A stretch of 63,980 bases of DNA, the filler included, from an uncultured bacterium (GTDB lineage Bacteria > CAYJOG01): the NCBI GenBank assembly GCA_964371695.1. It is 5 parts of 5 records of this genome, joined end to end, with 100 filler letters (N's around TTAATTAATTAA, not from the genome) between each part and the next. Parts side by side here need not be neighbours in the genome. Positions count along the whole stretch, not along the records: positions 1 to 13,988 come from CAYJOG010000025.1; positions 14,089 to 27,908 come from CAYJOG010000026.1; 3 more parts are not named here. One strand, written 5' to 3'. The notes below the pieces were generated by a model, which saw nothing but the letters and a program-made list of their open reading frames with translations, was not told where the DNA came from and searched no databases. Shown one piece after another: positions 11,001 to 20,259 of the stretch (position 1 is its first letter; each line of letters opens with the position of its first letter). The position numbers and the translations under genes were made by a program.

Positions 11001-13988
11001 GTTTTATGCGTTGATCCTGCAGGTGAGTGATGCGGCGGGCAACGTAGGGCAGCAGACCGCCACGTTGGTGGTGGACAACACCCCGCCCGTTTGCACGCCG
11101 GTGGCGGACGTGCATGCCAATGAAAACAAAGAGGTGAACCTGAAGGTGCATGGATGCACGGATGCCGTTTCGGGTGTGGCCAGTTATGCCTGGGACGCCA
11201 ATGGCGACGGCAGCTTCGAGACCAGCGGGGAGACGTTGACGGTGCAACGGCCCGATGACGCCGAGGTGGCGCTGGCGTTCAAGGTATCCGATCATGCGGG
11301 CAACACTGCGGCTTCCTCCCTTCGCGTGACGTTTCACAACGTGCCTCCGGTGGCGGACATGGGCGAAGACCGGGAAATTCAGTACAGCGACCCCCTCCTC
11401 TTCGCGGGAACCCACACCGAAACAAGTCCTGTGGACACCCACGTTTATGAATGGAATTTTGGTGACGCCACCTCCTTGGTGACTGGCCCTTGGCCGCAGA
11501 CCAAGGATCAAACGCACCGTTATCTGGTGAAGCCCGATAAATACGTAGTTCGTTTGAAAGTGACTGATGACGACGGCGGGTTCACCACTCACGGGGCTTT
11601 TGTGACGGTACTCAAGGAGGATTCAACGCTAGCGTATCAAGGCCCGGTGCGAGGGCAATATTCCGATCCTGTTCTCATGCGCACGCAATTGTCGGAACCG
11701 GACGCCAACTTGGGGGATTTAGCGGGCAAGCAGGTGACCTGGACCCTCGGCACACAGACGGCGAGTGCGCTCACCGATGAAAATGGTGTGGCGCAGGCGG
11801 TTTTGGTGTTGTCTCAGGTGCCTGGGAGCTACACGGTAAAAACCGTTTTTGAAGGGGATGTGTATTACCACCCCTCCCAGGATGAAGACACTTTTGTGAT
11901 TGAGAAGGAAGACGCCGTGCTCATCAACACGGGAGACTTGACGGAGCAGTATTCGGACATCACGGACCTCGGCGCACGCTTGAGGGATGCGGATGATCAA
12001 CTGATTCCCGGTGACGAAAACGTTGGCATTGATGGCCGTCTGATTCATTGGACGCTGGGGAGCCAGACTGCGCAGGGGCAAACGGATATTCAGGGAGCAG
12101 TGGTTTCCACGATTCACCTCACTCAAATACCCGATGCCCACCCTCTGATGACGGTGTTTGACGGGGATGATTATTACCATCCCGTCCAAATCTCACCGGT
12201 TTTCACCATCGCCAAGGAAGACACGGTGTTGATCAACACAGGGGATTTGACGGAGCAGTATTCGGACATCACCGATGTGGCGGTGAGGCTGCGGGATTTG
12301 GATGACGTGCAGGTGCCGGGGGATGGGAACCCTGGCATTGGCGAGCAGCCCATTCTGTGGACGCTTGGGGAGCAGGGGGCGCAGTCCCTCACCCAGGAGA
12401 CCGGCGACGCCCACAGCACCATTCATCTCATTCAAAAACCCGCCGATTATCCGCTGCTCACCGTATTCCAGGGCAACGACTATTACTTGCCCACGCAAAT
12501 TGATCCGATTTTCACCATCGCCAAAGAAGACACGGTGTTGGTGTATGAGGGTGATTTGTCGGAGCAATACTCTGACGTCACCGACGTCAGCGGAATGATT
12601 CGGGACGCCGATGATATGCAGGTGCCCGGGGACGGGGACGTGGGCGTGGATGGGTTGACCCTGCGGTTTAACCTCACGCACGATGGGTCTTTGCGCGACA
12701 CGGCCACGGCGGTGACAGCCCCGGACGGTAAAACCGCTACGCGCATTCCCGTGACCCAGAATCCGGTGTGGGACAACAAAATGATCACGTCGTTTGGGGG
12801 GGATGATTATTACCTGCCCTCTTCGGACACCGATGTGTTCACGGTGCTGAAGGAAGACACCGTGTTGGTGTATCAAGGCGACGCGTTTGAGCGCTACAAC
12901 CAACCCGCCACGATGATGGCGTATGTGCGGGATCTGGATGAATTGCAGGTGCCGGGGGATCCTCACGTGGGTGTGAAGGGCCTGGACGTGCATTGGAGCA
13001 TTGGCACGCAGACCGTGACCGGCCCCACGTCGGAAGAGGGCGTTGCGAAACGATTCTTGGTGGTGAGGCAACAGCCGGGTGAATACCATGTGGTGAGCGA
13101 GTTCCGGGGCACGGATTATTACCTGCCTTCCGGCGATGAAGACGGCTTTTTGCTCGTGGAGGATTTGCTGGCGGCCAGGCAGGACAAAGGGGAGCTGCAA
13201 ATCTACCGCCGCCAGGAATACAAACCCGCCGAGGCCCCAGTTTTTACCTTGGCCACACCGGTGATAGAACTCAAGGACGGCTCCACGGCGGTGCAAACGG
13301 GGGATTTCACCGGGGATGGGCTGCAGGATGTGTTGAGCGTGGAAGACGACCATGTCCTGTTGTTCACCAATCAGGGTTGGACTGGTGACGGGCAGTTGAC
13401 GTTTGAAAAGCAGGTGGTGGGGGAAATGAAAACCACCACGCTGGGCAAGATGTGCGCCGCCGACTTTAACGGCGACAAACGGTTGGATGCCCTCATCGCG
13501 GGCAAGAAAGAGATGTTGTTGCTGATCAACCAAGGGGAGGGCGCGGCGGCGCTGTTCACCGCGCAATTGTTAAAAGCTTCTTGGATGAAACACCTCAATG
13601 GCATGGACTGCCGCGATCTGGACCGGGATGGCCACCCCGAAGTGGTGGTGGGGGTGGAGGAAGGCGGGTTGATGCTGCTCAAGGGAGACGCCTCCGCCAT
13701 TTATTTGCAGTTGGAAATCCCCATGCGGCTACCGCAGGAAAAATGGCCCGGCAAGCGGGAGCTTCATGCCACGGTTTTGCTGGAGGACGTGACGGGGGAT
13801 CACGTGGCGGACCTGCTGGTAGGGGCCGAGGGTACGCTGCATTTGCTGCCTGGTGTGAGCGGAGGCGGGTTTGAAACAAGTTACCGCCCCGCCGTGACGG
13901 TGAGCGATGAGGCATGGTTCGGGGCCGATTTGTACGACGTGGACATGGACGGAAAACTGGACCTGCATTTCGCTGCTCACGGTGGTGT
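5059..13988 (+). CDS. Giant secreted multidomain surface protein (NHL propeller, Ig/FlgD-Ig, ZU5/GPS-like, PKD, Ig-like repeats, FG-GAP); 3' end truncated by contig end
   Basis: Open frame of about 2976 codons up to the spacer; exact start uncertain. Signal peptide …LLVTVPKARG-A; NHL repeats (IYIADTENQRIQKF); FlgD-Ig-type WDG motifs; many D-x-AGN Ig modules; PKD (YEWNFGD); FG-GAP Ca-binding motifs (DFTGDG, DFNGDK, DLDRDG, DVTGDH, DVDMDG). Confidence 0.85.
11614..13150 (+). repeat. Five tandem ~100-aa Ig-like repeats inside the giant protein
   Basis: Units start with KED at 11614, 11905, 12214, 12523 and 12850 (spacing 291, 309, 309, 327 bp). Shared QYSD and F-x-G-x-x-YY-x-P motifs. Confidence 0.85.
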
Positions 13989-14088
13989 NNNNNNNNNNNN
14001 NNNNNNNNNNNNNNNNNNNNNNNNNNNNNNNNTTAATTAATTAANNNNNNNNNNNNNNNNNNNNNNNNNNNNNNNNNNNNNNNNNNNN
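13989..14088. other. Artificial contig spacer
   Basis: N44-TTAATTAATTAA-N44, giving stops in all six frames. Confidence 0.98.
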
Positions 14089-14114
14089 ATCATGGCAAAA
14101 CTTGAAAAACTTTG

Positions 14115-14142
14115 CTCAGTTATTTATGGGACAGGACACTAG
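14115..14142 (-). mobile_element. Possible IS/MITE terminus (CTAGTGTCCTGTCCCATAAATA)
   Basis: Lies at the contig edge and ends in CTAG. Resembles small IS/MITE ends from memory only; no transposase is visible. Confidence 0.3.
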
Positions 14143-14267
14143 AGTTCATTCTCATCGTCATCTCATTTGCCTCTCCCCTTGAGGACATAGCCGTTAACCT
14201 TACGGGAGTAGCGGAGGTGGGGACACCGCCGTTACTGCTATAAAGTTAAAAACATGGGTCGTGACGC

Positions 14268-15284
14268 TTACGCAAAAAAACCTTTTTTCATCCACCCGGC
14301 CAGTTCCACGGCGTAATAGGTGAGCAGAATATCCGCCCCCGCCCGCACCACCGCAAGATGGGTTTCGTGGACCACCCGTGGTTCATCCAGCCAGCCCTTC
14401 AGGGCGGCGGCCTTGATCATGCTGTATTCCCCGCTCACAAAATAAGCTGCGATGGGCAGGTTGCTTTGCTGGCGCAGGCGATGAATCACATCCAGATAAC
14501 TCAGGGCCGGTTTCACCATCAGCATGTCCGCCCCCTGGGTTTCGTCCAGGGCGGCCTCGCGCAGGGCCTCGCGGGCGTTGGCCGGGTCCATCTGCTGGGC
14601 GCGGCGGTCGCCGTGAGAGGGGGTGCTCTCGGCGGCGTCGCGGAACGGCCCGTAGAGCGCCGAGGCATATTTCACGGCGTAACTCAAAATGCCCGTGTCC
14701 GTCAAACCTTCTGTGTCCAGCGCGGTGCGCATCACCCCCACCATGCCGTCAATCATGCCGCTGGGGGCGACAAAATCGGCCCCCGCACGGGCCTGGGCCA
14801 CGGCGATTTTCCCTAGCAGACCCAGCGTGGCGTCGTTGTCCACCACGGCGCCGTTTTTGGACAACACACCACAGTGACCGTGGCTGGTGTATTGGCACAG
14901 GCAGGTGTCGGCCATCAGCAGCACCTCTGCGCCAAAGTTTTTTCGCAGGGCGCTGAGCGATTTTTGCACCACGCTCGCCGGTGAATATGCCTCTTTGCCC
15001 AGGGGGTCTTTTTTGGACGGCACGCCAAACAACATCACCCGTCGCACACCGGCCCCAAGGGCTTTTTCCACGTCGCGGCAAAGCTCCGCCACGTCGGTCT
15101 GGTACACCCCCGGCATCGAGACCACCGGCTCACGCCCCTTCACCTGGGCGCTCACAAAAAGGGGCAACACCAACTGACTGGCGTGCAGGTGGTGCTCGCG
15201 CACCATGTCCCGCACCAGGGCGCTGTGGCGCAGTCGGCGGGGGCGCTGGGGCAGCGAAAAAGTTGTCTCAACCGGCTTGGACAT
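14268..15284 (-). CDS. hemB: Porphobilinogen synthase (delta-aminolevulinic acid dehydratase)
   Basis: RPRRLR N-terminus, Zn-binding CLCQYTSHGHCG, YAVKYASALYGPFRDA, MVKP catalytic Lys, VSGEYSMIKAA. Confidence 0.97.
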   Translation of the reverse strand: MSKPVETTFSLPQRPRRLRHSALVRDMVREHHLHASQLVLPLFVSAQVKGREPVVSMPGVYQTDVAELCRDVEKALGAGVRRVMLFGVPSKKDPLGKEAYSPASVVQKSLSALRKNFGAEVLLMADTCLCQYTSHGHCGVLSKNGAVVDNDATLGLLGKIAVAQARAGADFVAPSGMIDGMVGVMRTALDTEGLTDTGILSYAVKYASALYGPFRDAAESTPSHGDRRAQQMDPANAREALREAALDETQGADMLMVKPALSYLDVIHRLRQQSNLPIAAYFVSGEYSMIKAAALKGWLDEPRVVHETHLAVVRAGADILLTYYAVELAGWMKKGFFA

Positions 15285-15334
15285 GGAGGCAATTTAGCCG
15301 AAGCGCTGCGTTTGAGAAAGCCGGGCCTGTTCAC

Positions 15335-15390
15335 CAGGGTGTTGAGAAAATCCATCCGTGGATTTTTCAGGGTGTTTATCAATACCCTGT
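15335..15390. repeat. Palindromic MITE-like element (CAGGGTGTT…ACCCTG)
   Basis: CAGGGTGTTTATCAATACCCTG recurs at 19940-19961 as CAGGGTGTTTATCAACACCCTG. Internal hairpin AAAATCCA…TGGATTTT. Confidence 0.55.
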
Positions 15391-17367
15391 TCAGTTGACC
15401 CTGAACCGTCCCACCAGTTCGGCCAGGGTGCTGCTCTGGTTCAGCAAATCGGCGCTGTTCTTCACGATGTTCTCCAGGGCATGCACCTGATGGTCCAGGG
15501 TCTGGTCCATCTGGCCGGTGGAGGTCATGGCCATGGCGGCGCTCTGTTCCACCTCACGCATGGCGCTCAGCACACTCTGGCTGGCCTGCTCCATGTTCAC
15601 CGAAGCCCGGTTGATCATTTCCGCCTGTTCCACAATGCCTTCCACCACTTGGCGAATCTGGTCAAAAGCCACCTCGGACTGATCCACCGCGTCGGCGGTT
15701 TCGCTCACCAGACGGGCCTGCTGGTGGGTCACCTCGTCGGCGTGGCGGCAGCCCTCTTCGATCACCCGCAGCATGGCGGCAATCTGTCGCACCGCCAGAG
15801 AGCTTTGCCCCGCCAGCTTGCGCACCTCCTCGGCCACCACAGCAAAACCCTTGCCCTCTTCGCCGGCGCGGGCCGCCTCAATGGCGGCGTTCAGGGCCAG
15901 CAGGTTGATCTGCTCGGCCACCTGGGTGATGGCGCTCAGGCTCTGGCCGATGTTGGCGGCCTGCGCCCCCAGGCGCTCCACCACACCCAGCGCCTCGCGG
16001 GCGTGTTGCTGCAACTGGTCCATCTTGGCGGTGGCCTGTTTCACCTGTCCCCGGCCAGAGGCGATGGACGCCGCCGCACTCTGGCTGGCCTCCAGCACCT
16101 GGGCGCTGCCAAAAGCCACCGCTGTCACCGCCAGACCGTTTTTCTGGATGGCTTCATCCACCACTCTCACCGCCGACATCTGGGCCTGCGTGCCCTGCTT
16201 GAGGTCACCAAACGTGGCGGTGGTCTGGCCCGCGTGGGAGGCGGTTTCGCCCGCGCTCTGGGCGGTGGCCTCGGCCCGTTCGCGCACGGTGTGGGCACTG
16301 GTCATCACCTCGCGCACCAACCCCCGCAGGTTGCCGGTGAGGCGGTTGAAGGCCTGGGCCAGCTTGCCGATTTCGTCGTGGCTTTTCACGGGCAGTTCGC
16401 GGGTCAGGTCCGCCCCGCCGGTGGCGATGCTCTGCAACAGCTCGCTGGCCATCACCACCGGCGTCACAATGCCCCGTTGCAGCATGATCAATAGCAGCAG
16501 CATCACCAGCGCCAAACCCGTGACAATGAACACCAGCAGCGTGACCACGCTTTTGCGCCCCTGCATGGAAATGGCGCGTTTCTCTTTCAGTTCCATCACA
16601 CCGGCCCCGTGGCCGTCAATGGTTTTCAGTGAAACGCGGGAGACCATCTCTTCACGGCTGAGGGCTGAAATGAGAGGCTTGGGTTCTTCGCCCAGCGTCA
16701 CCGGCGTCCCGGCGATCCCCCGCTGCCTGCTCCCCGGCCATTCATAACGGGGCGTCAAACCCAGCTTCTTGCCCAGCTCCGTGATTTCGCCTTTGTCCAG
16801 ACGCCGGGCCAGCACCATCACGCCGCCCATGGGTCCGCTGCGGTCGTTCTTGAGCATGTAGCGGCTGGCCACCAGCCAGGTCTGGCCGTCCGCCACCAAA
16901 AGGCCATTCACCGTGGCCTGCAAATTGTCTTCGCCGCCTTTGGGCCACAGCAGGCCGCCGGGCCGCACACTCTTCACCAGTTCCCGCGAGGGTTTCATGG
17001 GCGACAGGCTGCGATGATCCAGCACCTTGTTCCACACCAGTTCACCCTGGGGATTCGCGATGATGAAATAGTCCACCCCCATGGTCTTGTGGTTTTCGTC
17101 AATCAGGTTTTCATCAGAAAAACCACTGTCGCCGGAAAGGGCGAACTCATAGGCGTCGGTCCAATAGGCCCATTCCTGCAGGCGTTCATCCAGGGAGGTG
17201 GTCTGGGCGCGCAGCTCGGTGTGCATGCGCCCGGCGTTGGCGCGCATGAAGTCCCGCTCCAGTTGCAGAAAACTGTCCATCACCACCCATTCGGTGAGCA
17301 CATAAAACCCCAGGGTGAGCAGGAGCGTCACCGTGCCCACAATGGCAAGGGTTTTTTTCTGCAACAT
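15391..17367 (-). CDS. Methyl-accepting chemotaxis protein with CHASE4 sensor and HAMP domain
   Basis: Two TM helices flank a CHASE4-like domain ([10 protein letters not shown]). HAMP motif [11 protein letters not shown]. Signalling hairpin [34 protein letters not shown]. Confidence 0.95.
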   Translation of the reverse strand: MLQKKTLAIVGTVTLLLTLGFYVLTEWVVMDSFLQLERDFMRANAGRMHTELRAQTTSLDERLQEWAYWTDAYEFALSGDSGFSDENLIDENHKTMGVDYFIIANPQGELVWNKVLDHRSLSPMKPSRELVKSVRPGGLLWPKGGEDNLQATVNGLLVADGQTWLVASRYMLKNDRSGPMGGVMVLARRLDKGEITELGKKLGLTPRYEWPGSRQRGIAGTPVTLGEEPKPLISALSREEMVSRVSLKTIDGHGAGVMELKEKRAISMQGRKSVVTLLVFIVTGLALVMLLLLIMLQRGIVTPVVMASELLQSIATGGADLTRELPVKSHDEIGKLAQAFNRLTGNLRGLVREVMTSAHTVRERAEATAQSAGETASHAGQTTATFGDLKQGTQAQMSAVRVVDEAIQKNGLAVTAVAFGSAQVLEASQSAAASIASGRGQVKQATAKMDQLQQHAREALGVVERLGAQAANIGQSLSAITQVAEQINLLALNAAIEAARAGEEGKGFAVVAEEVRKLAGQSSLAVRQIAAMLRVIEEGCRHADEVTHQQARLVSETADAVDQSEVAFDQIRQVVEGIVEQAEMINRASVNMEQASQSVLSAMREVEQSAAMAMTSTGQMDQTLDHQVHALENIVKNSADLLNQSSTLAELVGRFRVN

Positions 17368-17413
17368 GGCCCGAAGGGAACGGGGGTTATTTTAGCAGGG
17401 AATCCAGCTTGGC

Positions 17414-18790
17414 TCAGGCTTGCTCTTCCGCCTCTTTGACCTGTTGCAGCAAACGGGCCAAAAGGTCTTCTTCAGAACGCACCTGAGCTTGGTTCAGGTC
17501 CAGAGACAGCAACAGGCGGATGGCCACACCCGCCAGTGTCTGGGCGCTGATGCGCTTGCGCAGGCGGGCGGAGCGGTGGCGCATGATGTAACGGGCGGCG
17601 GTCTCCAGCGCGTCGGTGGTGTTCCAGTCCAGGGGCAGAGAGAGCATGTCCACGATGTCCGGCAGGTCCTCTGACAGCGGCGCATCGGCAAAAGCCTCTT
17701 CCAGGGTTTCCGCGCCCACGCCCGACAGGGCATTCACGCGGGTCACGGCCACCCCAAGCCCGGCGGTTTCGTCTTCTGCCGGGGCGGCCACCGGCGCCGC
17801 CCATGATGGGTACGCCCCGAAAAACCCCGCGCGCAGATGATGCAAACCNNNNNNNNNNGGTTCCTCCAGAAACTCCGCCTCTGCCTCTTCTTCAATCACC
17901 ACCAGCAGCACTTCCTCAACTTCTTCCGCAGAAGCCCCGATTTCTTCTTCAGGTTCTTCTTCGGCCAGACTCAACAGTTCAGCGCCGGTTTCTTCGGGCA
18001 CGTCAAAATCAAGCGTGAAAAAAGCCCCTTCGGTTTCTTCGTCATCGTCCTCTTCAGTGACAATAATTTCCGTGGTGACCTGCACCGACAGGCCCGGCAT
18101 GGGGGGCAACAGATCAAAGGGGTGATGGGGGGTTTTGTTCTGAAGGTCAAAATTGCTCGCACCAGTGAATGAGGGCATGCCGCCGGTGTCACCTTCGGGA
18201 GCTGGAAAACCGGGTTCGGCGAGGGCTGTGGGGGCTTGAAATGAAGTTGGGGCGGCCAGCACCACAGGCGCCACAGCGGGCGCGGACGCAGCCTGGGGCG
18301 CAGAGGGTTCTTCTTCCTGAAAAGTCCCCTTGCGGCGGCGCACCTCTTTGAGGGCGCGACGGATGAGGTCGTCATCCACAGCGGCGAAAGGGGTTTCGGC
18401 GGCGGGGGCAACTGGCGTCACCCCAACCACTTCACTCATCCGCACCGGCGCTGGTTCCGCAGCAAAAGAAGGGGCCTCCGCCAGCTCTGGCTCCACGGCG
18501 GGTTCTGGCACAGGCGGCGGCGGGGCGCTGGGGGCCTCGGCCACGGGCGCGTTGTCTTCTGTCAAATTCGCAGTCGCGGGGGCAGCTTCCAGCGCCACAC
18601 CTGCCAGCAGTGTGGTGTCAAACACCTGTGTGGGCTGTTCCTCAAACGAGAACGTGTCCATCTCCAGGCCCGGCGCATCAAACTCCAGCGTCACCGACAC
18701 CTCTTCTTCGGTGGTCTGCGCCGCCACCGCACCAGGGGCAAGCGCCTCCACCCCCTGCAGGTCGCCGAACAGGCTGTCCATGGGGTCCAC
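17414..18790 (-). CDS. Acidic, Pro/Ala/Glu-rich, largely disordered hypothetical protein with small folded C-terminal domain
   Basis: GTG start 10 nt after the parA stop, with GAGGG upstream. Contains E/D tracts and a basic helical C-terminus. Spans a 10-N gap at 17849-17858. Confidence 0.7.
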   Translation of the reverse strand: MDPMDSLFGDLQGVEALAPGAVAAQTTEEEVSVTLEFDAPGLEMDTFSFEEQPTQVFDTTLLAGVALEAAPATANLTEDNAPVAEAPSAPPPPVPEPAVEPELAEAPSFAAEPAPVRMSEVVGVTPVAPAAETPFAAVDDDLIRRALKEVRRRKGTFQEEEPSAPQAASAPAVAPVVLAAPTSFQAPTALAEPGFPAPEGDTGGMPSFTGASNFDLQNKTPHHPFDLLPPMPGLSVQVTTEIIVTEEDDDEETEGAFFTLDFDVPEETGAELLSLAEEEPEEEIGASAEEVEEVLLVVIEEEAEAEFLEEXXXXGLHHLRAGFFGAYPSWAAPVAAPAEDETAGLGVAVTRVNALSGVGAETLEEAFADAPLSEDLPDIVDMLSLPLDWNTTDALETAARYIMRHRSARLRKRISAQTLAGVAIRLLLSLDLNQAQVRSEEDLLARLLQQVKEAEEQA

Positions 18791-18800
18791 GGGATTTCCC

Positions 18801-19537
18801 TCAGGCGGGTTGTGTCTGGGCACGGCTGCGCACCTCCTGGGCCAGGGCTTCATAGTTTTTCGCCGCCGGACTGTTGCGGGCATAGTCAAAAATGCTCTGC
18901 TTGAACTGCTGCGATTCGTTGAGCTTCACGCTCTGGCGGATGTGGGTTTCATACACCAGATCCCCAAAATACTTCTTCACTGTTTCCATCACCCGTGGGG
19001 TCATGCCGTGGCGGAAATCCACAAACGTGAACAGGATGCCGTTGACTTTGAGTTCCGGGTTCACCTTTTGCACACTGCGCACCGTGTCCCATATCTGCCT
19101 GAGACCCATGAGCGCCAGATAACTCATGCTCACCGGAATGATGATGCCCTGACTCACCATCAGCGCGTTGGCGGTGAGCACGTCAATGGCGGGGGGGCAG
19201 TCGATCACCACATAGTCGAACTTTTCTGTGCTGGCCTTGAGCGCATTGGAAAGGAGCGCGCTGCGGTCGGGCCGGGGCGCGAGCATTTGCCGGGCCGAGG
19301 AAAGCTGGGTGATGGACGGCAGCAGCATCAGGTTTTCTTCAATGGGGTGCAGGCATTGTTCCAGGGGCACACCGCCCATGAGCAGGCCATAGACCGNNNN
19401 NNNNNNGTGTTGGCCTGGGGGTCCAGGTCGATCATCAACACGCGGTTGCCCTCACGGGCCAGGGCATAGGCCAGGTTGATGGTGGTGGTGGTTTTGCCCA
19501 CCCCCCCCTTTTGGTTCATGACGCTGAGAACCTGCAC
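18801..19537 (-). CDS. parA: ParA/Soj-family ATPase (split in ORF track by N gap 19397-19406)
   Basis: Deviant Walker [19 protein letters not shown], Walker B YVVIDCPP. Confidence 0.9.
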
Positions 19538-19622
19538 CTGGGGATTGTAGCAGGGTGCGATGCGGGCGGGGCTTCTAAGCGCCACCAAAAGCCGTTATCC
19601 TGTCCTCCGTCCGGGAGGAAGC

Positions 19623-19928
19623 ATGTCCACTGAACAACCCTTGATCACCTCGCTCAAAAGCCTGAAGAACACCGTGGGCTTTGGCCCCACCAACGACACC
19701 CGATCGGCCAACGCGCCTTATATCGACAAAGGCCTGGAACGGGAGCAGGACCGGCAGGACCGGTGGGTTTACACCACCAGCATGGGCCTTGGCCCCCACG
19801 GCACACCGGCCACCAGCGACCCCACCGACCCCCGCCGCCACCGGCGCGGGGCCATGCTGGCCTCGTTGCCCGCCCAGAGCGAACCCTCGCCCCTGCCCGA
19901 AGGCCCGCTGGAAAATTATTTGCCCTGA
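19623..19928 (+). CDS. Small hypothetical protein
   Basis: Strong GGAGG RBS before the ATG; 101 aa; divergent from parA. Confidence 0.6.
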   Translation: MSTEQPLITSLKSLKNTVGFGPTNDTRSANAPYIDKGLEREQDRQDRWVYTTSMGLGPHGTPATSDPTDPRRHRRGAMLASLPAQSEPSPLPEGPLENYLP

Positions 19929-20018
19929 AAAACTGCCAACAGGGTGTTTATCAACACCCTGCTAAATCCAGCCTGGCTTTCCATCGAAAAAGAAGGAATC
20001 CAGTTGTTCGCTTCACCT

Positions 20019-20247
20019 GAGTAGCGGCGGGCTACCGCCTTCTCGCGGCTGGGTGCCCCAATCGACACCCAGAAAGACTCCGCTCGAACGCCCACCGCCG
20101 AAAAAAATGCCTCTCAATTTTGCGCGATGAGGACACCGCGCCTACTCCTGCAAGAGAAATGTTTTTCCCACGGAGTCGCGGCGGTGTCTCCACCGCCGAT
20201 AAAAAAAATGCCTTCAATTTTGCGCGATGAGGCACCGCGCCTACTCA
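20019..20247. repeat. Cluster of GTAG-type REP-like palindromes downstream of mutS
   Basis: Two ~47-bp near-copies of AAAAAAATGCC…CAATTTTGCGCGATGAGG(A)CACCGCGCCTACTC at ~20101 and ~20201. Related units at 14208-14236 and 59329-59353. Confidence 0.75.
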
Positions 20248-20259
20248 AAAAAAGGGGTC

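Noticed and set aside
13989-14088. TTAATTAATTAA palindromes within N runs (four occurrences)
   Set aside because: Artificial six-frame-stop linkers. Complete contig lengths descend (13820, 13796, 13596), consistent with size-sorted concatenation, so cross-spacer gene adjacency has no biological meaning.
19397-19406. Apparent frameshifts in parA, the first YfhO-like gene (58947-58956) and the propeller gene (63003-63012)
   Set aside because: Each coincides with a 10-N scaffold gap of unknown true length.
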